Made by a program: the position numbers and the translations under genes. The notes beneath the pieces are model-generated. The model saw only the letters and a list, made by a program, of their open reading frames with translations. It was not told the origin of the DNA and searched no databases. From Stylophora pistillata (lineage: Eukaryota), in assembly GCF_002571385.2 (NCBI RefSeq), contig NW_019217917.1, forward strand, positions 133,906 to 197,905: a stretch of DNA of 64,000 nucleotides, written 5' to 3'. Positions 1 to 11,600 of the stretch are shown piece by piece (positions within the stretch are counted from its first letter, which is position 1; the number at the start of each line of letters is the position of its first letter).

Positions 1-529
1 CATTTCTACTTCTTATATTTCAAATATTAAACGTTCATTTCACTTAGCACATATAAAAATATTTTTTCGAAGCTACCCTACTTTTCGCACGGCACTTAAG
101 TAAATAGATAGAAAAATCCGTATTTTATTTCAAATTTAAATAGCGATTCTACTTTTTTGCGAAAACATAGGGGAGACATTGTTCTAAAAGTGTGTCGAAT
201 CCTGAACAAGTTTTTCACTGCTTTTGCAAGTACAAACAAGGCCTCCAAAAATTGGGCTAAATTCGACCTTCGAATGACGCTCATTATGCCTGAATTGAGT
301 TTTATCAATTGTCTCGGAAACAAAAGAATTTTTCAACAAACTACATATGTCTCGGTTTGTTTTACCTGTAGGCCTACCTTATACTAGAATATGAGCCAAT
401 TCGATTTTTTGACTGTTGTCGGTGAATGTTTGATTTTTCGTGACAACCTCTTAATAAACCATTTCCTGTTTTGGAGGTTATGGATGGATGCATACTTGAG
501 TGTTATTTCAACACTGTCAAGACTAAGTA

Positions 530-603
530 CAACCTCGTTCCCAGGGTCTCTTATCTTCCCGCCCCCTGGAGCGGGAAGATGAGAGACCCTGGGAACGAGG
601 TTG
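530..603. mobile_element. Short palindromic MITE (9-bp TSD, Mutator-like)
   Basis: CAACCTCGTTCCCAGGGTCTC...GAGACCCTGGGAACGAGGTTG with flanks GACTAAGTA/GATTAAGTA. Second copy at 42961. Confidence 0.75.
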
Positions 604-686
604 GATTAAGTATTTTTATAAAACGAAAGCTATTGTGCGCCAGACGTAACTGTAGATTGCTAGAGTGAAGCCGATTGCATCAAGCC

Positions 687-3600
687 ATGCCGAATCATCT
701 CAACCTAGAGGAGTGCTACGGATTCCTCCACGTTGAAAACCAGTCTCGTCCAGGAGCGTCGAAACGCATCGAAAAATACCTTAAAATTTCTCGAGAAGGC
801 CTGGACGAGTTTTTGATTCGATTCCCAGAGATCATTCGAAACGAAGATCAATTGTTTTACATCGTGCGATTCATGAGGGCGCATGGAAAGTTTGACGCGC
901 AAGATCACGAAAGAATTTTCAACAATAACCTGTTTACCACCATGGAGAGGAAAGTAACGGAGCTACTCACTGTTGTGGAGCAAAAGGACCCGCACACGTT
1001 TTGGTATTTGACACACGCTCTGCAGTCAAAACATTCCCCTTTGTATGACCATCTACATGGACCTTTAAACTGTTGTGGTAGGTAGAAGATTTGAACTTGC
1101 GCGCCGCTTTTAAACGTCCATCATTTATTCCCTTGCCTTTGTGATGAATAATTTGAATTTGAAATGAAAAACGTCGTAGGCACTTTGTAATACTTGATTC
1201 TTATTGTTTGTTTGTTATGATCGTAGACAATAATTATGATTTGATTTCTTGCTCTCTATCTTGCTGATTTCCCTGTGATCGAGATTCTCTGAATCTGTTT
1301 TCAGTTTTGCTGTTCGGGGAAAACCCCCTCTTGTTGTTTTGCGACCCAGTGTTTTCACTGTTCAATTCTGTATTCGTCAAAAGCTGATATTTTTTGTTTT
1401 GACAACCAAAACAAAATTGATGGCTAAACGGAAAAAGGTTGTGTTTGATGGCGATATTCCCACTTGACCGATGTTAATTGTCCGGGGAAGCCCCTTTCAA
1501 TACTGCACGTGTTATTTCTATTTTTATCGATGTTGTAATCGGGTAAAAATTCCTCCACGAAGTCACTAGTAAGGCTTGTTTCAAACACTGGTCTTTGCGC
1601 AGGCCGAAATAAACTCCCGTTTGGACCAAAACAAACTAACGATTTTCGGTGGTTTTCTCTAGTTCAGTGTCTTAATCAGAGACGTGAAAAAAACGGCTGT
1701 TCGAAACTCGAAATTACCAGCCTAGGCAGACGGAAATAACAGCTTTGTTGTTCCTAATAGAAACCGCAGTTCTAGACTGTTTTAGGCGCCGAACGTTTCA
1801 TGCAGTCAGTCGGAGTTATTTGGTTTGCTAAGGCCCAAGAGAACATAAACTAATCTTCTCAGACTAAAGCTAACATTCTCTTGATAAGAAATGAAGCCCC
1901 GGTTGCACACTGTAAGAAAATGGATATCTTTCAGAGGGGAAATCTTTGTTTAGTGTCTCATCCCTTAGCTTGGTAACACACAGCTGTTTGACAAGGTTCA
2001 CCATAATATTTTTTATTGCAGTGTGTAAAGAAATAAAACAGAGAGAGAAAGAGGAGGAGTTACATTTCTCAGGTAAGATGAAGATATGATTTTATTTTGC
2101 CTGCGAGTGAGGCGTTGCTATGGAAAGATGAAGCCGAGGAACGGTAAGGGGAGGCGGTGAACGATGAAGCCAAGTAAGGGTGGGGGGGTGAAAGATGAGG
2201 CTGAGAGAGGGTGGGGGGGTGAAAGATGAGGCCGAGAGAGTGTAGGGGGGGTAAAAGATGGAGACGAAAAAGGGTGGGGGGTTTAAAAATGAAACCGAGA
2301 AAGGGTTGGGGGAGCACGGGGAGTAATGGAGGTGAATCGGAAACATGAAGTTTCTTTTCGTCAGTCTTAATCATAATTGAAGGACACTACAGTTGATAAC
2401 ATACTGCGAAAGAATCGATCCGAAATGAAATGCTTGCATTTGCAGATTTAGAGAATGAAGGCAAAATAGTAGTCCCCTTACTTAAAGCTTTGTGTGAAGC
2501 AATTGAGGACAAAGTCTCCACAGGAAGATCGTTCATCGAAAATATGAGAACTGCGAGGCGAAGTGAGTTCCCTAAATTCTAGATGCATGGCAGAATAATA
2601 ATAATATACTGTTATGGCTTGTTCATTTTCGATTGACTTCAGTTCGGGAGTATGCGTCGCATGTGTCTGGTGCGCTATCGATATGAAGGGTTTATCTACT
2701 ATGATATCAGATTGAAATAATCAAAGTGGCGTCGTATGCTCTCCTGAATTCATGTAATTTTGCGTTGTTATATCGTGTGTGATTGTCTTTGGAAACTGAA
2801 TCCGTGACGACTCTTTCGCGCGCACCTTCCCGCGTTTGAGATCTCTCACGGGTGGCTCTTTTGATATTTCGTTCGTCATGATTTGTTGTAGTCTTTGGCT
2901 TTTTCAGAAATGCCAAAATACATTCTACAAATGTGAATTGAGATATTATTACTGTCTCATTTTATTTTATAGGAAAGAAAGGTGGAGATCTCGCAATGGA
3001 CCGAGCTACCGCTTATCCTGTGGAGGATGTTGTGGAGCCTGAGGACGAAGACTACATTGATGCAGAGGAAGGTTAGCGAGGAGGAAATTTCTCCTCAGTT
3101 GGCTATGCATTGATCATTGGAAGCTTCAACATCTACTAACTTGCACTCCCCAATACGACACCTGCGATGTAGGGTTATCAATTTACCTGACAAAATAAAA
3201 TAGTCTCTTTTAATAATAATAATTAAAAAAATTTATTATTTATATTGCGCAAATTAACATGTGGATATGATCAAATGCGCATCACAACACTTTTCGGGGG
3301 ACTTTGGCCGGACTGCATCAGCAGTTTACAAACAATTGAAGGAAACTTATTTGAAGATGNNNNNNNNNNNNNNNNNNNNNNNNNNNNNNNNNNNNNNNNN
3401 NNNNNNNNNNNNNNNNNNNNNNNNNNNNNNNNNNNNNNNNNNNNNNNNNNNNNNNNNNNNNNNNNNNNNNNNNNNNNNNNNNNNNNNNNNNNNNNNNNNN
3501 NNNNNNNNNNNNNNNNNNNNNNNNNNNNNNNNNNNNNNNNNNNNNNNNNNNNNNNNNNNNNNNNNNNNNNNNNNNNNNNNNNNNNNNNNNNNNNNNNNNN

Positions 3601-4037
3601 NNAATGTTTATCCATTTCTTGATATTATAGAAAGGTAGCGCATTCTCCTCAGTTATTTTTAAGACCTTGAGTGTTGGTCCGGCCGGGACACGAACCATCG
3701 ACCTCGACCTCCCGCAGAACAGTCCAGCGCTCTAACCAATTTTGAAATAATTTCCTCCCTCTCGCCAGATTTGCCTCCACAACGCTCGCGACTCGTCGAA
3801 ACTATTGAACCAAAGAAAAATGAAAAAGTCCAAGATAACTTGAATTCTACGAAAGACTGGAGCCCTGAATTAGCAGAACAGCTGCTCCGCACTTGTACCA
3901 GGAGGAAACGAGCCTACAAAGCCGCTTTCATTGGCTTGTCAGCGGTCACTCTTTTTATTTTCCATCCACTTCCGGCATTTGATTTTCTGTTCCTGTTTAT
4001 TTACTGCAACTTTTTGATCATGCTTATAACCTTCTGA
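687..4037 (+). CDS. CARD-domain protein with C-terminal hydrophobic/transmembrane tail (~308 aa, 5 exons)
   Basis: Exons 687-1077, 2022-2072, 2446-2562, 2973-3071, 3769-4037. All introns are GT-AG phase 1 and the joined frame is open (927 nt). Start context GCCATGC. Exon 1 (IVRFMRAHGKFDAQDHERIFNNNLFTTMERKVTELLTVVEQKDPHTFWYLTHALQSKHSPLYDHL) matches by eye the CARD9/CARD11/DLG5-type CARD helix pattern. The protein ends RRKRAYKAAFIGLSAVTLFIFHPLPAFDFLFLFIYCNFLIMLITF*. The gap at 3360-3602 lies in the last intron. Confidence 0.78.
2122..2312 (+). repeat. G-rich ~31-bp minisatellite in intron 2 of the CARD gene
   Basis: Repeating GAAAGATGAGGCCGAGAGAGGGTGGGGGGGT-like units. Confidence 0.7.
3211..3741 (-). 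mobile_element. tRNA-derived SINE interrupted by a scaffold gap
   Basis: The reverse complement of 3620-3741 matches the head of the SINE at 54871. The reverse complement of 3211-3290 is a stem-loop/(TTA)n tail. Confidence 0.65.
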
Positions 4038-4801
4038 CCAAAGGAAACCTTTACTAATAGAAAAATTTGCCGTGAAACTAATGGAAACGTCTTGTATGAC
4101 AAAAGTGTACAGAAACTGGAACAAAATACAAGCGATACTGATACATGAATTTCAGATAGGCGCCATTCTAAAACGTACGACGAAGAACGATGGCCGAGAT
4201 TTTATCAAACAATAGCTCTCAAATGTTGATAGGAGTCTCAAGGAGAACTTAAGGATAACACTAACCTACAGTGTCGGCGTCTTATTAGGGCGAGTTAACT
4301 TTAAAAAGCGCGCGATCGTTTATTTAACCGGCCATGTTTAATCTGGAGTGAAAGTCCACAATAGGTGGAGGGGGTGGGAAGGGGCGAAACGTTGCTCACC
4401 CCCTTGGTACACATTTCTTTCTCTCCCAGCCTATTGCTGCTACTAAGATCAAAGATGGCGGCCAGTTTTCGTTAAGAAAATACTGAGCACTCGCTTGCCC
4501 AAATTACAAGATAACACTGGCGAACGAGTGTCAAACGTGTGCGCATGTAAGAAGCGATCTAATGACTAGCTATAGCGGGCTTTCAGGCTTCAGAACCAAG
4601 TTGTCTCACACAAGGTACAAAAAACACACGGGCCGGTAAGTCATTGTTTTTTAAAAGCGCGGATTATTTTTGGTAAAGCTCAAACCAGAATTGTAAATAA
4701 ACAGGATCAGGAGCTCATTACCATTGACAGGATACCTGCACTTTTAGAAGCTTAGCGTTCGAAAAGTCTCGAGTTTTGCTTTCCCTGCGTTTACTTTTTC
4801 T

Positions 4802-5054
4802 CTCAGATTTACATGATTGCTTCAATTTGAGGGAATAAAGGAAAACGCAATGTAAATATTCAGTACTATTACCCTGGGCTAACTTAATCACTAGCTGGAG
4901 GTCCATTATTAAAACGCTTTTCCTAGCATTTAATTTCTTCCTCAGATTTACAGGATTGCTTCAATTTGGGGGAATGAAGGTAAAACGCGATGTAAATATT
5001 CAATTCTCTGACGCTGGGTGAATTTAATCACCAGCTGAAGGTCCATTATTAAAA
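4802..5054. repeat. Diverged tandem duplication (~113-bp units at 4802-4914 and 4942-5054)
   Basis: CTCAGATTTACA.GATTGCTTCAATTTG...GGTCCATTATTAAAA occurs twice. Confidence 0.7.
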
Positions 5055-8000
5055 GAAAAGCATAGAGAAAACTGTCATGATTAATGATAACTTACTTGTA
5101 TCCATTGGCGTGTCCCTAGAAAGCACTGTATCATGACCAAGATTTTTTAATCTCTCCCGAACATAATCTGGTAGGCTGAGTTTTAACTTAAATGCCTTGA
5201 ATCTTCCTTTGACCACCTTTTCTGGGTTTGAAATAAATGAACTTTGTTCTGAAACTGAAATATTGAATCACTTGTTTTTTTCTTTTTTATCTCGATTAAA
5301 TAATTAGAAATAATGCGAGACTGAAAGTTTAACTTATCATAACAAGCGTGATTTCATTTTAAATGGGATTTGAATGACGGTCCTTAATATTACCATGAAA
5401 CGGCATCAATGCCTTTCATGATTCGGCGACGACGTGAGTATGTACTTTTGTTTTATTAAAGTCTCCTTTTAATTTTACAACGATTTCTTACGTGTGGTTT
5501 TCATTCAGATGAGAGGTTATGCCTCCCTTGACAGATGGTCCCAAGAAAAACGTATAATACTCGCATAAATTATCCCTTTTTCCACATACCTTTTCTTAAC
5601 TCTGTGGAACTCTCGCTGTGGAATATAACGAAAAAAATAAAAATTATTCAGCAAGAGGTGTTTTCAGACAAAACATCACCTTCATTCTAAGATGCTACGT
5701 CCAGCCTGCACCACGTACTCTCGCCACGCCACTTCCTGCCAGATTCCAACCGGGCCATTCTGATTGGCGTTTTCAACAACAGCTTGTTGACTTTCTGGAA
5801 TTGGAGTGACCTCCAGTTGTTCTCAGCGTTGGCAATGATCGCACATCACCCACTGTCTCAATCGCATAAGAGGCTTACGGAAATTACTCAAAGAATGCTT
5901 ACAAGAAAATCTCTTCCAAGACTGAAACTTTAACTTAGTATAACCAACGTGGGAATTGAATAATTTGAATTTTAAATAGGATTTGAATGACAGTCGTTAA
6001 TATTACCATGAAACGGCGTCAACACCTTCGATGATTCGGCGACGAGGTAAGATTGTACTTTTGTCTTGTTTACGTCTTGATTAACGACGATTTCTTGATT
6101 GGATCCAAATCGAATCATTGCATCGTTTACCGATTATTTGAAGTTTGAGTTACGTCATTGAGAAATCATCACTTCTAACTCTGTACACAAAGACTATTAT
6201 TGGAACTCGCCCCGAGCATCATGGTACGTCACTAGAATTTGAATGAATCCTTCTCTAATTTCCATCAGCGCCCCATTCCTTTAGCTTTTCTCGTCTGATT
6301 CGACCCTAAATGAGCCATGTGAAATTCAAATAGAAGCCTGCTACTTTTCAGCTCAAACGCATGGTTTAGGGACTTAGCTTGTTTGAAGTCATAATGAAAG
6401 TTTACAAGACGCGGTTTATTGGCATAATGTCGGTTCGAGGAGAAATGTAGGCTCTTCTCTTGAACAGGGCAGGTAATGGAGCCCAGTGTCTAGTCGGAGA
6501 CTGCATGATGCCTTGCGTGAAGCGAAATTTCCTTTTTTGCGGAGACAATAATTGATCGTGTAATTGACGGAATATACAATGTAGTATCTTTGTTCCTCGC
6601 CTAGCAACAACGATAAGATTCTGCTCATTGTTAGTATGGTGTAGACAATCGCTTCCATAGTTAACGGAGGACGTTTTACACGACCATTGTTAGATCAATT
6701 TAAAAGAAGAGAAATTCGATCAAACCAAATTGAGTACGCTGATTGCAAGAAAAAGATACCCCCATATTCCTAAAACAAAAACAGGGCAAGGTTTACAAAA
6801 ATCCAATATCGAAATCCATATGTGGCTATCACTCTGTTACTTTATTTGTGATACAGTAAGCGCATCTGGTGTGATGTAATAACTTTGCCCTTGATTATTG
6901 CTGTTTTATTGTCGATGTCGCTTTTGTTGATGACGTTGATGTTGATAAAAATGATTCTGTTGTTGTGGCGCTTGTTTTTAGTTGGGGGCGACAATAACAC
7001 AGCGAGCAAATATAATTAGGACGTGGCTGGTAATTTTCTGTAGGGCAATGCAGTGGAATATATACACAACATCTCTGGGTCTGGCTGTAATTAGACATGA
7101 GGTCATGATTGAGTTGTATTCCCATGTCCAGCGACACGACCCTGTGGTTGCTCCTTCTTCCTTGACGAAATGTGTGCGATGCACAATGTACTAAACCGTT
7201 CGGTCAAGTCAGTTACCTTAGACTCAACACAGACAACACGAATTTTGCGCTTTTTTTATGTAAGAAAAAAAAAAAAAACATAGCCATAACCTTTTCTAAG
7301 CTCTTAGTGGAGGTAGGCGAAAGCAACGTCAAGCGACAGACAAGAGTTGGCGTGCTTTTTACACGCCAAGTTCTTATCTGGTTTTCACCAACTGACGTCT
7401 CAGAACACATTACACTTTTCGGTGTAATTCCTCCTTTGCGTTTTACTACACTGTACTGTTCTTTTGCATGAGGTGTTAGTTCGGTACCAGGCTCCATCCA
7501 AAGTAGTTGGAAACGTTTCCATGACAACGTGGTTGTTCACGCTGTTGAATTTTTGCCATATTTCTCTCCCGCGTAAATTGAATTCCTTAGTCTTTGCACC
7601 TTTTATGCAACTTTGTCGCTGTTTTGTACTGTGGATGCTGTCACGAACCCTCCATCATTTTACGTCAAAAGAATGTTGTTCCCTTCAGATGCACATTATT
7701 CCTCTCTTTTTTTAGCTTGAAGCTAAAAAGCTTAATTTAAATTAATTTTAATAAACGCGATTTTAAGGTGTAAGGCGAAATCTAAAGCATGTTCAAACAG
7801 CGCTGGAACGTTGTGTAAATACGATTTTCTGTTTCTTTAAAAGCATGATATATTTTTCCTCCTACATCAGTGAACCACGGGCAAGAGACGGGTTTTTCTC
7901 TTAATGACAGTTCTTCGATAATCACCTTACAACGATTTCCACACGTCTAAAAATCAAATTCGCTCTTTTGAAGCTGGGCGGTATCTTGCAACTGAAGATC

Positions 8001-8686
8001 TATTTACTCTCGCCGCTTTCAAAAGATCCAATAAAAACATTACAACATGCACGTCAATTCTTGGCACCCGTGTAATGTTTTTGTAAGTTTACAAAGAATG
8101 TATTCCCGAATTAAGTAAGTTTACCAAAATTTTTTCGATGAATGAGTCAGTCCCCCCTGAGGAGATGTCGCAATGCATAGCACCGTAAATTCAATGGAAG
8201 CTGACTCTCTGTTGGATGCTCAGAAACAAAGTATATTTACTCACAAAGAAAGTGGTTGGTTTTTAACGCACACAGGGTGAAATTGTGCCAAAAAATTCAA
8301 CGGATTAGATGGGATTACGTCGCAAATCATTTGGTGTTTTGTGTAAGCTGAGAACAGGTAATCTACTTTGACGTTTCCTTTTCTGTTTGCCTACGAGCGT
8401 GTAATATTTGTACGTTACGCACCGGTAGTGGAAGGTCGGATGAGCAATTAAAGGTCGACGGACTATGAACAATGCATGAGAGTTACGTTTCACTTTACCG
8501 CAGGAGTCCACGTAGTGTTTGAAAAGGTCAACAAAGGAAAATATGCTTTAGTCAGCGGTGGCAACGAACTGTCGATTTCATGCGAGCTTTCCACCGTGAG
8601 GTCTCCAAAGAATTTTATCAACAAGAAGCATAAAGGACGCGCGTTGAACTGAGGTGATCATTGAAGTGTTTTTCCCTCGCTCAGAG

Positions 8687-11600
8687 ATGAGCGTTTCAGC
8701 GGAGAAAAGCGCCCTTCCAAGCGATACAAACGGAAATAATCTGAAGCAAGGCAGTTTACTGTTGAGTATTTATGGCTACGCTCCTTTCCCTGGTAAGTTT
8801 TTTTTGGTAATGGTCATCTATTTGTAGGTCGTTGTTTATCAATTGCGTGGTTTTTATGGACAATGGTGCACGAGATATCGAGAATGGCCTTTCTTTCATC
8901 GTTCTTTAGTTCTCCCACCGAGACGAAAAACTTGCGTGTCTTCTGCTTAAGTGTCCTTTAAGTTTCCGTTTAGCGAAAATGACATTCGCTCTCCTCTTTT
9001 CTCTCTATCGCAGACCTACTTTACTGAATTGTAAGCGCAAAGATCTAATTGCTTTACATAAAACGTTACTATAAGCCGAACAAACTAGTATGATGTCACG
9101 ACTGCAACTACATGTACCCCTATTATTTGAAATGAGGGTTATTGTACGGGTTGAAGGGAAACAAGAAGTTTTAAAACTGGCTTTTAGAGAGATCGTGCTT
9201 TATTTTCTTTCTTTTTTTCAAGTTGTATTTTTGTAAACTTATCTTCAAATTTCGTGACTTTCCTAATAGTGTGGCCACCTTAAGGTGTGAATTTGTAAGG
9301 CTTGAATGTCTTGGGAACACCAGTCATCGTTAGTGGTTTATCACGGTACAATTTTGTACAATGATTTTATTGCAGAGCGCCCCAAAATTCCTTTCAGCCT
9401 ACTCTGTTGTCGAAGATGACTGACCAACGTATCTAAAAGCAACAAAAACTTGAAGTGATTGGTAGAGATAAAGCACTGGAGGAATTTTACGGGATGTGAT
9501 TCTCTTTGTCTTTTCCTTTTCGTATTTCCGATAACAGATAGCTGGCGCGAAGGGAACAACTCAGCGGAAATTGTCTCTGACGGGTGAATGCCTATAATTA
9601 GCGTGGCAATCAATCTCTCTTATGTCGGTGGTATAATTTCGAAACTAGAGCCATTCAATGGAGTTTGAGACGTGGTTGAGTAGAAAATCTGCTTGAGTTG
9701 CACCACGTAGGGCAAAATAGAAGCTAAGGCCACCTTGAGCGATCAAATTCAAGGTTAAACCCTTATCGCATTTCCTATCCCGACGGTCGATAAAACTCCT
9801 GTTACGCTAATTGTTTCAACATTAATGAGCGTGTCAGGGCTTTTATCGCAGAGTGCTGCAGCAGGTTATCTTAGTTCAACCCTCCGATTCTGGGTTGATG
9901 GGGTTACGTTGCTCCCTATTTTGGTGCCTTTGTTTTAAACTGCATGTTCGCGTGGTTTACGAAACGGACAACGGAAGGACATTGAAGGCTACGTTAGCTT
10001 GGGTTGTGGTGGGGAGGATTTGCATTGATTGGTAATGCACTCTTCACGCTTCATATTTGTATACTGATATGACGCGCAAAGGCGGAATTTTTTTTTATCA
10101 AAAACATCTGGAATTCTCTGACTAAAAGATAATCGGTGACCTGAACAACATTCTGTTTATAATTATATGTTTATCAATCACAGTTGTTATGACAAACGTT
10201 AATGGAATCAGCATGACAGTAGCTTTCTTTCCCTGTTCCTTGGAAATATAATAGTGGAACTTTTTTCTTTATTCTGGATGTCAAAATTTAGAGAAGTAAT
10301 TCATGGCGAGATGCCTCATCAATCAAGCTGTTATTAGAATGTGAATGATATCACGTGGTCATGTGTAATGATAACATGCATGGTGCTAAACTAAGTTATT
10401 TGCGGAGTCTGTTTCATTCTCGAAGATTAGGGCTCCCTTTACCACCATGATAGACATCCATACCTTTTCTTAAAATATTTTGAAGAAGACTGCATCATCA
10501 ATCAATTAGCCAATCGATTTATCTGTTTCTGTATATATCTGTTTACACAGTGAAACTTGTACTAAAACCGCGGATAGTAACTCAAGTCACAAATTTTCCA
10601 CCGTATTTGTCCTTGTATCAATGTTTTCGTGTATTCAGGCCAAGCACTTTAGCTCTGTATAACCTATGGTAAGCAGACAGCTTAATGAGAAATAAGGATT
10701 TTTTTTTTTAACATATTGCAGTATGAGATTACTCTTCCTCCTTATGAAACTTTTAAGTCTGGTGGTTAATTGTTCGTCTATCTACCCGAAATGGCTAGAG
10801 TCGAAAAGTTTTACAAAAGTCAACTAGGTTGAAACAGTAAATTGGCAACCATAAAAAGTTAAAAACCTTGTAACCCTCACCGACGCAGCACCACTTAACA
10901 AATGGTAAACACCACAGCGTACACTATTGAGTTATGGATGCACGCGGGAGGTTGCTAAGCACGAAAGAAGCGTAAGAGTCGCTCGAGGCGATAGCCGAGA
11001 GCGACTCTAGCTTCTTGAGTGCTTAGCAAACCTCCCAAGTGCATCCATAACTCAATAGTGTACGCTGTGGTGTTTACCATTTGTTAAGTGGTGCTGCGTC
11101 GGTGAGGGTTACAAGGTTTTTAACTTTTTATGGTNNNNNNNNNNNNNNNNNNNNNNNNNNNNNNNNNNNNNNNNNNNNNNNNNNNNNNNNNNNNNNNNNN
11201 NNNNNNNNNNNNNNNNNNNNNNNNNNNNNNNNNNNNNNNNNNNNNNNNNNNNNNNNNNNNNNNNNNNNNNNNNNNNNNNNNNNNNNNNNNNNNNNNNNNN
11301 NNNNNNNNNNNNNNNNNNNNNNNNNNNNNNNNNNNNNNNNNNNNNNNNNNNNNNNNNNNNNNNNNNNNNNNNNNNNNNNNNNNNNNNNNNNNNNNNNNNN
11401 NNNNNNNNNNNNNNNNNNNNNNNNNNNNNNNNNNNNNNNNNNNNNNNNNNNNNNNNNNNNNNNNNNNNNNNNNNNNNNNNNNNNNNNNNNNNNNNNNNNN
11501 NNNNNNNNNNNNNNNNNNNNNNNNNNNNNNNNNNNNNNNNNNNNNNNNNNNNNNNNNNNNNNNNNNNNNNNNNNNNNNNNNNNNNNNNNNNNNNNNNNNN

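Noticed and set aside
2470-2510. LKALCEAI resembling a BH3 motif in the CARD protein
   Set aside because: It lacks the conserved Gly-Asp pair; the match is too weak.
3245-3698. Long ORFs spanning N-runs (also 11081-11774)
   Set aside because: Artefacts of translating gaps.
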